DNA of 55,755 bases, taken from a bacterium (GTDB lineage: Bacteria; Patescibacteriota; Minisyncoccia; Phycocordibacterales; UBA918). This document shows, one piece after another, positions 41,896 through 51,851 of this stretch (within the stretch, counting starts at the first letter, position 1; each line of letters starts with the position of its first letter). The notes below the pieces were generated by a model. It was not told the DNA's origin, made no database searches, and saw only the letters and a program-made list of their open reading frames with translations. The translations under genes and the position numbers were made by a program. The stretch lies in NCBI GenBank assembly GCA_030430425.1, contig JAUIFS010000002.1, forward strand, positions 1-55,755, in the 5' to 3' direction.

Positions 41896-43185
41896 CTACT
41901 TTGTGTGTACAAACGTAAGCGCCTTACCTCGCTTTGTACCTCGACCGGTTCTTCCGATACGGTGCACATAGTCTTCAAAGGTGTTTGGAAGATCGTAGTT
42001 GATTACGTGTGACACATTATCAACGTGGATTCCTCGTGCTGCAACATCGGTTGCTACAAGCACGCGCGCATTTCCGCTCTTGAACTTCGCAAGTGAGCGT
42101 TGTCGTTGCGGATGCGTTTTGTTTCCGTGAATAGATTCAGCACCAATGCCGTGTTTGGTAAGCTCTTTGGAGAGTTTTTCGACACTATGTTTCATGGCAC
42201 CAAAAATAATAACTCGCTTGAGTTCGTCGGATTCATTGAAGAGGTTGCACAGTGTTTCAAATTTATCATGATGTCCGTGTGGTACGACGTCTTGCTCAAT
42301 ACTGTTCGTTACGTCTTTCTTTTTTACCGAGATAGTCACTGGGTTTTTCATAAAGTCATGTACCATTTTTTCAGCGTCTTTATTCATGGTGGCTGAGAAG
42401 AACAGCGTCTCCCGATCTTCAGGGGTAAGTGACAGAATCTCGCGCATGTCGTTGATAAATCCCATATCAAGCATACGATCAGCTTCATCAAGTACGACTG
42501 TTGTCGCATGAGAAGGATCGTATTTCCGCTGGTTGATGAGGTCAAGAATACGTCCCGGAGTAGCGATCACAAAGTGGTTTTTCTTTCGTAGCGATTGTAT
42601 CTGTGGGCGGATGCTTGTACCACCAACACATACGGTTGAGTAAAGCTTGAAGTTCTTGGTGAGTTTTTTAAACTCATCTTGAATCTGAATAGCAAGCTCT
42701 CGGGTTGGTGCGAGAATGAGTGTCTGTCGGCTGTATTCCTTCAGTGTTTTTTCAATAAGCGGCACTAAAAACGCAGCTGTTTTCCCAGTTCCTGTTTCAG
42801 CAAGACCAATAACATCATTCCCCTCCAGAATCTCAGGGATTACTTGGTCTTGAATGGGTGAAGGGGTTTCAATACCCATTTCACGAATCGTTTTTACGAG
42901 TTTTCCGTTTAGACCAAACGTACTAAATTTATGCTTTGGTGTATACACCTCTTCGGTTACTTCAACAGGGTTTTTGTTGATGAATTGTGATGGGTCAAAT
43001 GTGGGCATTTTTCGAGCGCCACCACGGCGATTGCCACCAGAACGACCCCCGCCACCACGGCGATTGCCTCCTTTGTATCCACCTCGGTTTCCACCGCTTG
43101 TGTTTCGGCGGTTTGAACTTGAAAATGTACTTCGCTTACGCGAAGAAGCTCCACTCCGACTCCGTCGGTTTTTTGTTGTATCCAT
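41896..43185 (-). CDS. DEAD-box RNA helicase with N-terminal Arg/Gly-rich region
   Basis: Q-motif region, AETGTGKTAAF, PTRELA, DEADRMLDMGF, SAT, HRIGRTGRG. N-terminal RRNTSGGNRGGYKGGNRRGGGGRSGGNRRGG. Confidence 0.93.
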   Translation of the reverse strand: MDTTKNRRSRSGASSRKRSTFSSSNRRNTSGGNRGGYKGGNRRGGGGRSGGNRRGGARKMPTFDPSQFINKNPVEVTEEVYTPKHKFSTFGLNGKLVKTIREMGIETPSPIQDQVIPEILEGNDVIGLAETGTGKTAAFLVPLIEKTLKEYSRQTLILAPTRELAIQIQDEFKKLTKNFKLYSTVCVGGTSIRPQIQSLRKKNHFVIATPGRILDLINQRKYDPSHATTVVLDEADRMLDMGFINDMREILSLTPEDRETLFFSATMNKDAEKMVHDFMKNPVTISVKKKDVTNSIEQDVVPHGHHDKFETLCNLFNESDELKRVIIFGAMKHSVEKLSKELTKHGIGAESIHGNKTHPQRQRSLAKFKSGNARVLVATDVAARGIHVDNVSHVINYDLPNTFEDYVHRIGRTGRGTKRGKALTFVHTK

Positions 43186-43321
43186 TTACTATATATTAGA
43201 GAGAAACTATGTTCTCAAACGTGCAGGTTGTAATTTCAGAAGTAAATCTGCAGCGTTTGAGTCCTACACAGCTTCAAAAGCGTTCGGGTACAATAATACA
43301 TAACAAAGAGAATGTCAATCG

Positions 43322-43684
43322 TTACTGTTCTTTGTTGCGTAGGGAGTTAAAAAGTGTTCTGTTGTCAGGGTTCCCGTATTGATTAGGTGTGACGCTACCT
43401 GTTTTATATGAAATATACACTACAAAAAGTAGTGAGAGATAGGGGACGAGTATCATAAAAGACCAGATCCCACTTAGGTTGATGTCGTGTAAGCGACGTG
43501 CGGTAAGGATAAGTTGCGGAATCGTTCCGACAACTAAAAGTGGAACTATATTTTGTATATTAGAAAAGGTGACCCCATCTCTGAAGATATAGAGTGCGAC
43601 GAGTCCTATGAGCAGTAGCAGGAGTAACTGTCCATAGATGAAATTCTGTCGATTCATACGACCATCAAAAGGGTTTTTATACAT
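43322..43684 (-). CDS. DUF805-family membrane protein
   Basis: The ATG at 43684 gives MYKNPFDGRMNRQNFIYG. RRLHDINLSGIW motif. This start avoids overlap with the divergent gene. Confidence 0.8.
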   Translation of the reverse strand: MYKNPFDGRMNRQNFIYGQLLLLLLIGLVALYIFRDGVTFSNIQNIVPLLVVGTIPQLILTARRLHDINLSGIWSFMILVPYLSLLFVVYISYKTGSVTPNQYGNPDNRTLFNSLRNKEQ

Positions 43685-43806
43685 ATGAAGAGTATAGCAT
43701 TCACAACTTCTTATAATGGGCGTATAGTGTCTATAGAGGTCGTACTGTTTATTCAAGCATAATACAGGCTGTTGAAGAGCCTGTTTACTAGCGTAATAAT
43801 ATAGGT

Positions 43807-44193
43807 ATGGATATTTCACTCTTTTTAGCACAGGCATTTGGTATTTTCTTTGTAATTACGGGTCTTGGACTTGTGTTGCAACCAAGTGTGCTGCAGAAAC
43901 TATTTACCCGATATTCATCGAATCGTGCTGACGTTATGATGGGAGGAGTGCTCTCGCTTATTGTAGGAATACCACTTGTTTTAGTACACAATATCTGGCA
44001 AGGAACATGGGAAATTTTAGTCACCGTCATTGTATGGATTACTTTCTTGAAAGGAATGTCTCGTGTTTTACTGCCCGACATGGTTGTGTCCATGGCACAC
44101 AAAATGCAACATAAGCATGGCATGGTAAAAGCAATGTTGTGGATAATGATCGTACTCGGCGCGTATCTTATGTATGTTGGATTTGGTGTGTAG
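43807..44193 (+). CDS. 4-TM membrane protein, unknown function
   Basis: Hydrophobic 128-aa ORF followed by a strong terminator. Confidence 0.55.
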   Translation: MDISLFLAQAFGIFFVITGLGLVLQPSVLQKLFTRYSSNRADVMMGGVLSLIVGIPLVLVHNIWQGTWEILVTVIVWITFLKGMSRVLLPDMVVSMAHKMQHKHGMVKAMLWIMIVLGAYLMYVGFGV

Positions 44194-44207
44194 CGTATGG
44201 ATGTCTA

Positions 44208-44241
44208 CTAAAAAACACCAGAGTTATCTGGTGTTTTTTAG
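44208..44241. terminator. Bidirectional hairpin terminator
   Basis: ctaaaaaacaccag/ctggtgttttttag, loop agttat. Confidence 0.8.
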
Positions 44242-44249
44242 TATGAGTG

Positions 44250-45377
44250 TTAATGGTGACTATGTCCGCAGTGATGCATTTCTTCATGGGGTACCGATTC
44301 CTGCTTTCCAAAATACCATGCAGCAATGAGCGTAGTCAGTGGTACTGCGAGAATGAGCCCGATGCTTCCAATAATAATACGCGCAATCTCTACGGCAATA
44401 ATTTCTTGATTTACAGAAAGTGACCAAGTGCTGTCAGCGCGTGCAAACAATAGTACCAATGGCAATGACGCACCTACGTATGCCAACGCCAATGTATTTA
44501 CCAACGAGCCAACATGGTCACGACCAACACGGATAGCGCGGGTGTAGAGTTCTTGCATGGTGAGTGTAGCGTTTGCACTTTTCAACTCCTGCACCACCGA
44601 CGCTTGCGTTATAGACACATCGTCAAGTATTCCTAAGATACCGACAATAATGCTTCCCAAGAGAAGACCAGAAAAATCGAGCGTGCCTCGTGTTGCAAAG
44701 TTAAGAAAAATAGCTTCGTCAGAGCTTAAGCCGGTAAAGCGCATTGCGTCAGTAAAAAAATATGCAATGGTGCAGGTGATGAGCACTGCACTGTAGGTAC
44801 CTATAAATGCTATGGCGATTCGTGGATGTATGCCATGTGTTCCAAACAGTACTGCTGCAAGTACAATACTTGCTACGCCTAGGCTTGCTATTGCGGGGTT
44901 CCATCCATTAAGGAGTGCAGGCACGAGAAGAAATAGTATTGCCGCTCCACTTATGAATAGAGAAAAAAGTGCACGAAGTCCTTGTATGCCCGCAAACCAG
45001 ACAAGCAGAACTATAAACAAAAGTGCTAGCGCAAAAAGTTCAGGGCGTCGATCGACATCCATAAGTATGTAATACTCATCGTTGTTGATGGTCCGCATAT
45101 AATTTATAAAAATTTTCTCACCTTTCTGTACAGGAGTCAGTTCATTTTCAAAAGTAACGGTACGCCCTTTCTGAGAGCCTTCGAGTATGGCAATAGTTAT
45201 GTTTTGTACTGTTGTTGTAGTGTCGGTTCCAGGGACGACTCGCTCGGTCTGTGCTTCTGCTGCAAGTACTTCAGCTCGTACTGTTTCTTTGTGGTCTTGG
45301 TGTAGTGTTCCTTGCGCAAAAACGTCTGAAGTGAGAACAGAAAAAAACAGGGTAATGAGTACGAGGAATTTATACAT
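44250..45377 (-). CDS. YibE/F-like multi-pass membrane protein
   Basis: Signal peptide plus an extracytoplasmic N-domain, then ~7 TM helices in a YibE/F-like layout. His/Cys-rich C-terminus HEEMHHCGHSHH. Confidence 0.7.
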   Translation of the reverse strand: MYKFLVLITLFFSVLTSDVFAQGTLHQDHKETVRAEVLAAEAQTERVVPGTDTTTTVQNITIAILEGSQKGRTVTFENELTPVQKGEKIFINYMRTINNDEYYILMDVDRRPELFALALLFIVLLVWFAGIQGLRALFSLFISGAAILFLLVPALLNGWNPAIASLGVASIVLAAVLFGTHGIHPRIAIAFIGTYSAVLITCTIAYFFTDAMRFTGLSSDEAIFLNFATRGTLDFSGLLLGSIIVGILGILDDVSITQASVVQELKSANATLTMQELYTRAIRVGRDHVGSLVNTLALAYVGASLPLVLLFARADSTWSLSVNQEIIAVEIARIIIGSIGLILAVPLTTLIAAWYFGKQESVPHEEMHHCGHSHH

Positions 45378-45525
45378 AATACCGTAATAGGGTACCTTAT
45401 TGGAGGCAGTGGATGCAACTACTTACTGCAGGCATAGGCTAGGTACACCATAGAGCTAGGAACCTTCTTTGTGGAGTGGTATGATGTTTTGTATTAATTA
45501 CAAACATATTTCAAAGAATGAATGT

Positions 45526-46221
45526 ATGAAAAATATGAAAGATCATATTTGGAAGATTATCGGCGTTATTGCAGTCGTTGCTATTGGAGCATCAGTAGTC
45601 TATTCAAACAGTGTTGCCAACAAGGCAAATGAGGGAATTGTATTTACGGCACATACAAAAGGAGCTGAAGATGCAACCGTAACACTTACTGAGTATAGTG
45701 ATTTTCAATGTCCTGCGTGTGGTCAGTTTGCTGCAGTTATAAAAGATGTACTTGCAACGTATCCGAATGATATAAAGTTCGAATACAAGCATTTTCCACT
45801 TGTCTCAATTCATCCATTTGCAATACCAGCTGCGAAAGCTGCTGAAGCAGCAGGGCAACAAGGAAAATTCTTTGAAATGCACGATAAACTGTTTGAAAAC
45901 CAACAAGTGTGGGCAAACAGTGTAAATCCTGCCACATATTTTACTTCTTATGCAGAAGAAATTGGTCTTGATGTAGGTCTTTTTAAGACGCATATGAAAG
46001 CATCACGTATTGAAGATAAGATTGCCGACGAGTTTAAAGAAGCACGTGAACACGGACTTACCGGCACACCGTCATTCTTTCTTAATGGAACACGTATGCA
46101 GTTTGAAACATACGAAGACTTTATAGGGCAGATTGAAGCAGCAGTTGGCGTTGATACAGCAGCAACTGCAGAAGTGGCAGACCCTGCAGCAGCTGAACCG
46201 GAGGTGAAGTTTGGGTTATAG
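45526..46221 (+). CDS. DsbA-family thiol:disulfide oxidoreductase, membrane-anchored
   Basis: TM anchor, YSDFQCPACGQF (CxxC), GTPSFFLNG cis-Pro region. Confidence 0.85.
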   Translation: MKNMKDHIWKIIGVIAVVAIGASVVYSNSVANKANEGIVFTAHTKGAEDATVTLTEYSDFQCPACGQFAAVIKDVLATYPNDIKFEYKHFPLVSIHPFAIPAAKAAEAAGQQGKFFEMHDKLFENQQVWANSVNPATYFTSYAEEIGLDVGLFKTHMKASRIEDKIADEFKEAREHGLTGTPSFFLNGTRMQFETYEDFIGQIEAAVGVDTAATAEVADPAAAEPEVKFGL

Positions 46222-46229
46222 ATAATCCA

Positions 46230-46269
46230 CACATAAAAATACCCGCATACATGCGGGTGTTTTTATGTG
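46230..46269. terminator. Bidirectional hairpin terminator (18-bp stem)
   Basis: cacataaaaatacccgca/tgcgggtgtttttatgtg. It overlaps the stop of the 46263-47201 gene. Confidence 0.8.
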
Positions 46270-47201
46270 AAATAGGTTTCAACAATGCGTGAGGTGATTC
46301 GATCAATCACATCTTTGTCCTTGTACTTTGTCTGGAGGTAGCGAAAACCAGGATTACTATTAAGCTCAATAATCGTAAAGTCAGTTGGTTTCTTGGGTGT
46401 ACCATCTATAAACACATCAATCCCTGCTGTTTTGATGGAGTTATCAATACAGAGTTGTTGTACATATGCTTTGATTGCTTTTGGAATTTTTTTACTTTCA
46501 TAATACTCAAACGTACCTTTCTGAGTTATGTGGCAAGGGATAGAGACTCCTGCATCGAGTACGTCTGTTCGTTTTTTACGTATTTTTTTGCATTCGTAAT
46601 CTACGACGGTATCGTTTACATACGTGGTTTTTTGTTCCTTGAGCAATTGTGCTATCGTTTTTTTTCCATCACCGATGATTGTAGGATATCCTTTACTGTG
46701 CAGTGCCATAACTTTCCCTTCGACGACAAGTATTCGATATTCCTTTTTAAAAAGAAGCTCTTGCACAAGTACATTTTGTTTTTTTGCGACTATTTCTGAC
46801 ACAGCGTCTATAAGTTGTCTCTTGGTGTATGCAACGGTGATGCCTTTTGCTTGAAATCCTTCCTCTGGTTTAATGATTACAGGAAATGTATCTAGAGCCG
46901 TAGCACGTGTAGTGAGTTCTTTTTTTGAATGGGTCTGTTTTGCATATATGAGAACAGAGCGAATCTTGTTGTATTTCTTTTTTTGTAACAGTGCTTCAGA
47001 GAGCAGTTTGCTCCCCATGAGCACATGTTGCCATCTGGGGACGTTCGGGTAAAACACGTTTCCATTTACCAAAAAAGATTTAGTGTGTGATTGTACGTAA
47101 TATTCTTTAAAAGGAGATCCTGTTTTTAATTCCTGTACGGTATATCCAAGTTTTTTAGCTTTATGTGCAATGAGTGTTGCTGTTGGTTTCATGTGTTGCA
47201 T
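46263..47201 (-). CDS. ATP-grasp ligase, cyanophycin-synthetase-N-terminal-like
   Basis: FPVIIKPEEGFQAKGI, EYRILVVEGKV, PTIIGDGKKTIAQLLKEQ (as in the CphA G-domain), GIDVFIDG...IIELNSNPG. Confidence 0.72.
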   Translation of the reverse strand: MQHMKPTATLIAHKAKKLGYTVQELKTGSPFKEYYVQSHTKSFLVNGNVFYPNVPRWQHVLMGSKLLSEALLQKKKYNKIRSVLIYAKQTHSKKELTTRATALDTFPVIIKPEEGFQAKGITVAYTKRQLIDAVSEIVAKKQNVLVQELLFKKEYRILVVEGKVMALHSKGYPTIIGDGKKTIAQLLKEQKTTYVNDTVVDYECKKIRKKRTDVLDAGVSIPCHITQKGTFEYYESKKIPKAIKAYVQQLCIDNSIKTAGIDVFIDGTPKKPTDFTIIELNSNPGFRYLQTKYKDKDVIDRITSRIVETYFT

Positions 47202-47204
47202 GGG

Positions 47205-48101
47205 TTATGTGTGTTTAGTGGCGAGTATGTGTGCAATCTTTGAGAATACTTTTTCGTCTGTGTGTACGGACTCAAACCCAAGCACACCAGGTGAGCGGTT
47301 TACTTCAAGCAGTACAGGAGTTGTATCTTTATGGATGATATCCACACCACCAATATCAAGGTGGGTTGCAGCGGTTGCTTCGATTGCCAGTGCACGCTCT
47401 TGTTCTGTAAGTTCATACGGAAGTGCTTTGCCACCTTGCGAAAGATTGTTAAGAAATGAGCTTTCAGAAGTTCGCCGTATTGCACCAATAATTTCTCCAA
47501 AAGCAACAATAACTCGTATGTCGAATGTATTTGGAATATATTCTTGAATAAGAAATCTGGTTTTTTCAGGAAGTGCAACAATGTATGTCTTTAGTTCATT
47601 TGCAGATTTAATTAAGTGCACTTCTGATCCCTTGCGCCCATTAGTTTTGCAAATAACCGGAAAGTGTATGTGTTCGTGTATATAGTGTGCATTATTTTCA
47701 TATGCTTCAGCACGGACAACAAATGTTTCTGGTATAGGAAGATTTGCGAGGGCAAAACGTGACATCTGCGCTATTTTGTCGCTTGCCTCATCATATATAG
47801 TGTTGATTGAGTTTATGAAGCGAATTTCTTTATGTTGTAGATATTCGTGAAGGATTCCGGTAAAGGGTGCATCAATAATATGAAATCGACTAAAAACACA
47901 TGTGTCAGAGAAACTAAGAACAGAATTATTGTGAATAAAACGTGGCTCTGACTCTGGTGGAATGTGTGCAATAACCTCACGCATGTTTATGTGGACAATA
48001 GATGTGTCGGGGAGTGCGCTAGACATGTCGTCGTATGTTTTTTTATTACAGTTTAGGAGCATGAGTTTTTCCATAGGCACGGATGATAGCAGATTTTTCA
48101 T
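47205..48101 (-). CDS. RimK-type ATP-grasp alpha-L-glutamate ligase-like protein
   Basis: FPVICKTNGRKGSEVHLI, FLIQEYIPN, DIRVIV, GGVDIIHKDTTPVLLEVNRSPG. 3-nt gap to the downstream ATP-grasp gene. Confidence 0.8.
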   Translation of the reverse strand: MKNLLSSVPMEKLMLLNCNKKTYDDMSSALPDTSIVHINMREVIAHIPPESEPRFIHNNSVLSFSDTCVFSRFHIIDAPFTGILHEYLQHKEIRFINSINTIYDEASDKIAQMSRFALANLPIPETFVVRAEAYENNAHYIHEHIHFPVICKTNGRKGSEVHLIKSANELKTYIVALPEKTRFLIQEYIPNTFDIRVIVAFGEIIGAIRRTSESSFLNNLSQGGKALPYELTEQERALAIEATAATHLDIGGVDIIHKDTTPVLLEVNRSPGVLGFESVHTDEKVFSKIAHILATKHT

Positions 48102-48267
48102 ATCAAAGCCATAGTGTTCACTATTTTGTCAAGAGTTGATTTTGATAACATGTGTGTTGTTATCACAAAAATAACCTATTTTGTAGTATGCTTTTATCTC
48201 GTTTGGGGCAGCTGGATATATTTTTCAAGAAATGGAATGTCTCAAATTTATTTTGTAAACGAACTGA

Positions 48268-49629
48268 ATGGAACAAAAAAAGAAAAAAAATATCATTGCA
48301 TATGTTATGAATTTTTCTCCACGTATGCGGGAAGATATTCGTTCATATGAAAAACGACACGATAAAGAATATCGTGTCATGCTTCTGTGGGATTCAAAGG
48401 TTAAGCGCGCAGATCGAATAAAAGGGTACGATATACTTGTGGAGTGTGATTTTTCTAAACCACACAAGCTCGCTGAAGCATTGATGCCATATCAAAATGA
48501 GCTTCTTGCTATTACCTGTCGTTCTGAGGCAAATATTTCCCGATTTGCACAAGTGTTGCCTCATGTGCCGTATCTACGATCGGCAACAACTGAATCGTTG
48601 CGTTGGGCAACTGATAAATATGAAATGCGCAAGCGCCTGAAGCTTTTTGATGCCAAAAATACCCCTCGGTTTACATGGATTAAAAATAATACGCAAAAAG
48701 AGCGTGCGCGTGTAGTGGAAAAGGTTCAATTTCCCATGATTGTGAAGCCGGCAAACTTGGCAGGAAGTCTTTTTGTGACTATCTGTTATCACGAAGATGA
48801 GCTTGAAAAAACATTACGCACACTCTTCCGTCGTTTAAAAAGGGCGTATGAAAATGATACACGCACAGAAGTTCCAAAAATTATTGCTGAAGAATATATG
48901 GAGGGTGACCTGTACTCCATTGACTCGTACGTTAATGGTCGGGGAGATGTGTATCATTGCCCACTGGTGCGACAGAAGACTGCGCGAGAGATTGGGCATG
49001 ATGATTTTTATAATTATCTTCAGATTACGCCAACTGCCCTTAAGCAAGCAACTGTTGAGAAAGCTCGTGCAGTAGCAGAAACAGCAGTACATGCATTAGG
49101 GTTGCGTAATACTACCGCTCATGTGGAACTTATGAAGGTGGATGACGATTGGAAAGTAATTGAGATAGGTCCTCGGTGCGGAGGTGCACGTGATGTGTTG
49201 CATAAACTCAGTTGTGACATTAATCATACGATGAATGATATTGCGGTGCGGATTCCTCGGAAGCCGGTGATTCCAAAGAAGTGTAAAGGATACGCGGCAT
49301 ACATGAAGTATTTTGCATCAAAGGAAGGAATTATTTCTGAAACAAAGGGTATAAAGAAGATTGAAAGCTTAGATTCCTTTCATAAGATTACGGTCAATAA
49401 AAAAGTAGGGGACCGGTCAGTCTTTGCGCGAAATGGTGGTCGGTCAGTCTTTAACTTGTTTTTATACAATGAGGACCGCTCAAAACTGCTGGCTGATATC
49501 CGGCGCATTGAACAGATGGTAGATGTAAAAGTAGGGAATGGCAGAGTGTCCACAGGCGTTGCAAAGAAAAGTCTTAAGAAGAAAGTGGCTTCGAAGAAGG
49601 TTGCAAAGAAGACAGTAAAAAAGAAGTAG
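48268..49629 (+). CDS. ATP-grasp ligase (L-amino-acid-ligase-like) with Lys-rich tail
   Basis: FPMIVKPANLAGSLFV, IAEEYMEGDLYSIDSYV, HVELMKVDDDWKVIEIGPRCGG. C-terminal KKSLKKKVASKKVAKKTVKKK. Confidence 0.78.
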   Translation: MEQKKKKNIIAYVMNFSPRMREDIRSYEKRHDKEYRVMLLWDSKVKRADRIKGYDILVECDFSKPHKLAEALMPYQNELLAITCRSEANISRFAQVLPHVPYLRSATTESLRWATDKYEMRKRLKLFDAKNTPRFTWIKNNTQKERARVVEKVQFPMIVKPANLAGSLFVTICYHEDELEKTLRTLFRRLKRAYENDTRTEVPKIIAEEYMEGDLYSIDSYVNGRGDVYHCPLVRQKTAREIGHDDFYNYLQITPTALKQATVEKARAVAETAVHALGLRNTTAHVELMKVDDDWKVIEIGPRCGGARDVLHKLSCDINHTMNDIAVRIPRKPVIPKKCKGYAAYMKYFASKEGIISETKGIKKIESLDSFHKITVNKKVGDRSVFARNGGRSVFNLFLYNEDRSKLLADIRRIEQMVDVKVGNGRVSTGVAKKSLKKKVASKKVAKKTVKKK

Positions 49630-49633
49630 TTAT

Positions 49634-49670
49634 ACCAAAAGCCGGCGCACTTTGTGCGCCGGCTTTTGGT
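49634..49670 (+). terminator. Hairpin terminator (16-bp stem)
   Basis: accaaaagccggcgca/tgcgccggcttttggt. Confidence 0.8.
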
Positions 49671-49689
49671 ATGATACCTGTATAAAGAC

Positions 49690-50469
49690 ATGATTCGTAC
49701 ACGTGATTTTATCTTATTTGTAGTCACCTTGCTTTTTTTAGCTGTGGCTATTGTGAGCACCGTAGCTGTTAAAAATGCTGGTGAGCACCCTCAAATACAA
49801 CAACTTGCCATGCATGAGGGTACGAGTCCTGCAGGTGCTTCATCTGAAGAGATAACAATTGATCGTAACTCAATAATCGCACGTTTACGTGAGAAGATTC
49901 GTAATTCTGATCTGACTATCGTTCCAGAGCCAAGTGTAGAGGCAGAAGTCGTCCCAACAACAACACAAGCAACGGCAACATCTACAGCAACACTATTCCG
50001 TTGTGTGCAACCAGACGATGCACTAGCCATCGTCCCTCAATGGCCACTGACAGATGTACAAATAAACCTCAAAGAAGGAGCTCGGTTGGTGTATGTTGAA
50101 GACGAGATTGTGATTCCGGACGTCGAACCGGGAGAAGAGACGACACAATCGCTTGTGAAAACATTGCTACAGCTGCCTGTTGTCCCAGCAAAAGCTACAC
50201 AGCCGTATTGTGTACCAAGTGAAGTTATTGGTGTTACGCAACGGGGGGTATTGATGTTTAATGGCGACATGCGCTCGTATCGCAATGTTCCTGAAAATGT
50301 CCAAATAGGATATGCACGAGATGGTTTTCCTATTTATGGTGTGTATGAAGGTCAGACCGATGAGTGTGGTGGCTATGAGCATGCAGCTGGGTATCGGTAT
50401 ACTGTGTCAAAGAACCGAGATTATGTTATAGGTTGTTTTGTCGCGGCACCACAACCGTTTAGTCTATAA
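49690..50469 (+). CDS. membrane-anchored YHYH-domain-like protein
   Basis: TM anchor. C-terminal DGFPIYGVYEGQTDECGGYEHAAGYRYTV...GCF resembles the YHYH family with a degenerate His/Tyr box. Confidence 0.65.
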   Translation: MIRTRDFILFVVTLLFLAVAIVSTVAVKNAGEHPQIQQLAMHEGTSPAGASSEEITIDRNSIIARLREKIRNSDLTIVPEPSVEAEVVPTTTQATATSTATLFRCVQPDDALAIVPQWPLTDVQINLKEGARLVYVEDEIVIPDVEPGEETTQSLVKTLLQLPVVPAKATQPYCVPSEVIGVTQRGVLMFNGDMRSYRNVPENVQIGYARDGFPIYGVYEGQTDECGGYEHAAGYRYTVSKNRDYVIGCFVAAPQPFSL

Positions 50470-50473
50470 ACCT

Positions 50474-51175
50474 ATGGGAACACTACTTTTTGACATTGAG
50501 ACCGTGGGGGACGCATGGGAGTCTTTCGATGAAACAACACAGCATGCATTAACTCGCTGGGTAGAGAAAACTGCACGTAGTAAAGACGAGCATAAGATGC
50601 TCACTGACGATATAAAACAAGGACTTGGCTTCTCACCCCTTACGGGGAAAATAGTTGCAATTGGTTTATATGATCTAGAACGGGAGCAAGGTGCAGTGTA
50701 CTACACTGGTGAAGGTACAGAGACAGATGTTGTGGCGGAACAATTTGTATTAAAACAGCGTTCAGAAAAAGAAATGTTGCGAGATTTTTGGGAGGGAGCA
50801 AAAAGTTATAGTACGTTTGTAACCTTCAACGGACGCTGTTTTGATGTGCCATTTTTGATACACCGTGCTGCTATACACGGTATTGCGCCAAGTGTGAATC
50901 TTATGGAGGGCAGGTATCCATACCAACAAAAGACCGTGCGTCATGTTGATTTGCAGGACGAAATGACTTTTTATGGTGCTATGCAGCGTAAGGGCAACTT
51001 GCATTTATTTTGTCGCGCGTATGGCATTGAGAGCCCGAAACAAGAGGGAGTGTCTGGCGATGATGTCGCGGAACTTTTTGCGCGCAAAAAGTTCCGCGAC
51101 ATCGCCCGCTACAATGTTCGCGATGTAGTTGCGACTACTGAGTTATATAAAAAGTGGGTGCAGTACTTTTTCTAG
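50474..51175 (+). CDS. RNase-H-fold 3'-5' exonuclease (PolB-exonuclease-like)
   Basis: The ATG at 50474 gives MGTLLFDIETVG (Exo I DxE). Also FNGRCFDVPFL (Exo II) and YNVRDVVAT (Exo III). Confidence 0.8.
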   Translation: MGTLLFDIETVGDAWESFDETTQHALTRWVEKTARSKDEHKMLTDDIKQGLGFSPLTGKIVAIGLYDLEREQGAVYYTGEGTETDVVAEQFVLKQRSEKEMLRDFWEGAKSYSTFVTFNGRCFDVPFLIHRAAIHGIAPSVNLMEGRYPYQQKTVRHVDLQDEMTFYGAMQRKGNLHLFCRAYGIESPKQEGVSGDDVAELFARKKFRDIARYNVRDVVATTELYKKWVQYFF

Positions 51176-51199
51176 GTTGCATTATAATAATATGTAGAT

Positions 51200-51832
51200 A
51201 TGAAAAATATTTTGGCATTGTTGGCAGATTGGGCAAATGGAATTTTCGCACTTCTGACAGCTGGGCATATCACACAAACAGAAATTTTATGGTGGTATGT
51301 GCCGATTGCATTAGCACTGTCTCATCTTCCTGATATTGATGCAGTTCCTGAACTTATAACACGCGGACGAGTCGCGGCGAGTGCTGAGTATGTACATGAT
51401 CATCGTACACTTTTACATTTTCCCATTATTTCGATACCGCTAAGTATGGCAATTGGATGCATCTTTGGTTTCTGGGGATGGGTAGTTTGTTTTGCAGTGA
51501 TACTACACCTTTTAAATGATTTGTATGGCACTGGATGGGGCATTCCCGTGTTGTGGCCTTTTTCTAAACGTCGATACAAAATATTAGGACGTCGTGCAAA
51601 TAGACTAAGGTCAATTTTGGTCAAAGATGATGATTGGAAAAAACTTTCTGATAGTGAGCGGCGGTTACGAATATTAGTTTCATGGGATGATGAAGAAATA
51701 GTCGATTATATTGCTCGTTGGGGTATGGATGATTGGATTAATAGGTGGTATTTACGAATAAACTGGATAAGCATTATCGAATACCTATTGTTTGCAGGTG
51801 CGTGTGTATTATTGCTTATTTATTTTTGGTAA
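51200..51832 (+). CDS. membrane-bound metal-dependent hydrolase (YdjM/DUF457-like)
   Basis: LSHLPDIDAV, HRTLLHFP, HLLNDLYGTGWGIPVLWPF. Confidence 0.72.
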   Translation: MKNILALLADWANGIFALLTAGHITQTEILWWYVPIALALSHLPDIDAVPELITRGRVAASAEYVHDHRTLLHFPIISIPLSMAIGCIFGFWGWVVCFAVILHLLNDLYGTGWGIPVLWPFSKRRYKILGRRANRLRSILVKDDDWKKLSDSERRLRILVSWDDEEIVDYIARWGMDDWINRWYLRINWISIIEYLLFAGACVLLLIYFW

Positions 51833-51851
51833 ATTGCAATATACTGTAGGT

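Noticed and set aside
48114-48350. 78-aa ORF as a possible precursor peptide for the ATP-grasp cluster
   Set aside because: It overlaps the start of the 48268 gene in another frame. The translation is hydrophobic/aromatic and has no SD.
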